Assembly: GCA_043718025.1 (NCBI GenBank)
Contig: JAYSWN010000172.1
Location: forward strand, 29,630 to 93,629
DNA: 64,000 nt
Direction of reading: 5' to 3'
Source: Pseudomonadota bacterium
GTDB taxonomy: Bacteria > Bdellovibrionota > FAC87 > UBA2466
The stretch's first letter is position 1; every line of letters begins with the position of its first letter. The position numbers were made by a program, and so were the translations under genes. Below the pieces are notes generated by a model, which saw nothing but the letters and a program-made list of their open reading frames with translations, had not been told where the DNA came from and searched no databases. This document shows, one piece after another, positions 63,967 to 64,000 of this stretch.

Positions 63967-64000
63967 AAGACGTTCGGACTTAGCGCATTGGCTTATGAAA

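Overview
This 64 kb window reads as a bacterial chromosomal segment. GC is in the mid-to-high 50s %, coding is dense, and ATGA/TTGA start-stop overlaps are common. The delta-60 repeat lipoprotein, PilZ protein, many secreted hypotheticals and a TamB/Omp85 pair suggest a Bdellovibrio-like or other delta-proteobacterial Gram-negative organism; that placement is inference only. No database search was run. All calls rest on the supplied ORF track, motif recognition by eye, and start-codon and RBS inspection.

Features in order along the window:
- a lipoprotein followed by type III glutamine synthetase (glnN)
- a delta-60 repeat lipoprotein
- groES-groEL, divergent from an Hsp20 gene
- a flavodoxin fused to an unknown N-terminal domain
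- a PilZ protein, then threonine dehydratase
- a six-gene glycan-assembly cluster (14.4-21.6 kb): GT4, GT-C, an initiating sugar transferase, WecG, GT2 and a second GT-C, preceded by a possible sigma-54 promoter and terminator-delimited leader
- an NfeD-stomatin pair
- a TenA/PqqC-like protein, a PQQ-dependent sugar dehydrogenase, then dnaB and an MltD-like lytic transglycosylase
- a long minus-strand array: a truncated ComEC-like gene, a TPR protein, efp, a second TPR protein, tamB and an Omp85 gene
- rplU-rpmA-obg-nadD-queC, with an unknown gene overlapping the queC 3' end
- tRNA-Glu(UUC), followed by a minus-strand islet of poorly characterised secreted or regulatory genes (ChaN/Tiki-like, an RHH-tailed protein, an HExxH protein, a PA-like fragment) around a rare-codon 360 nt non-coding stretch
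- a signal-peptide-bearing standalone PKS-type dehydratase-like protein
- a pseudopilin, RlmI-like and SAM methyltransferases, an SDR, an SRPBCC protein, a 5'-3' exonuclease, an RRM protein and infA

I found no CRISPR array, integrase, transposase or recognisable defence nuclease or ATPase. The most system-like novelties are listed as findings. The two I rate highest are the tRNA-adjacent islet and the possible sigma-54 leader/sRNA ahead of the glycan cluster.
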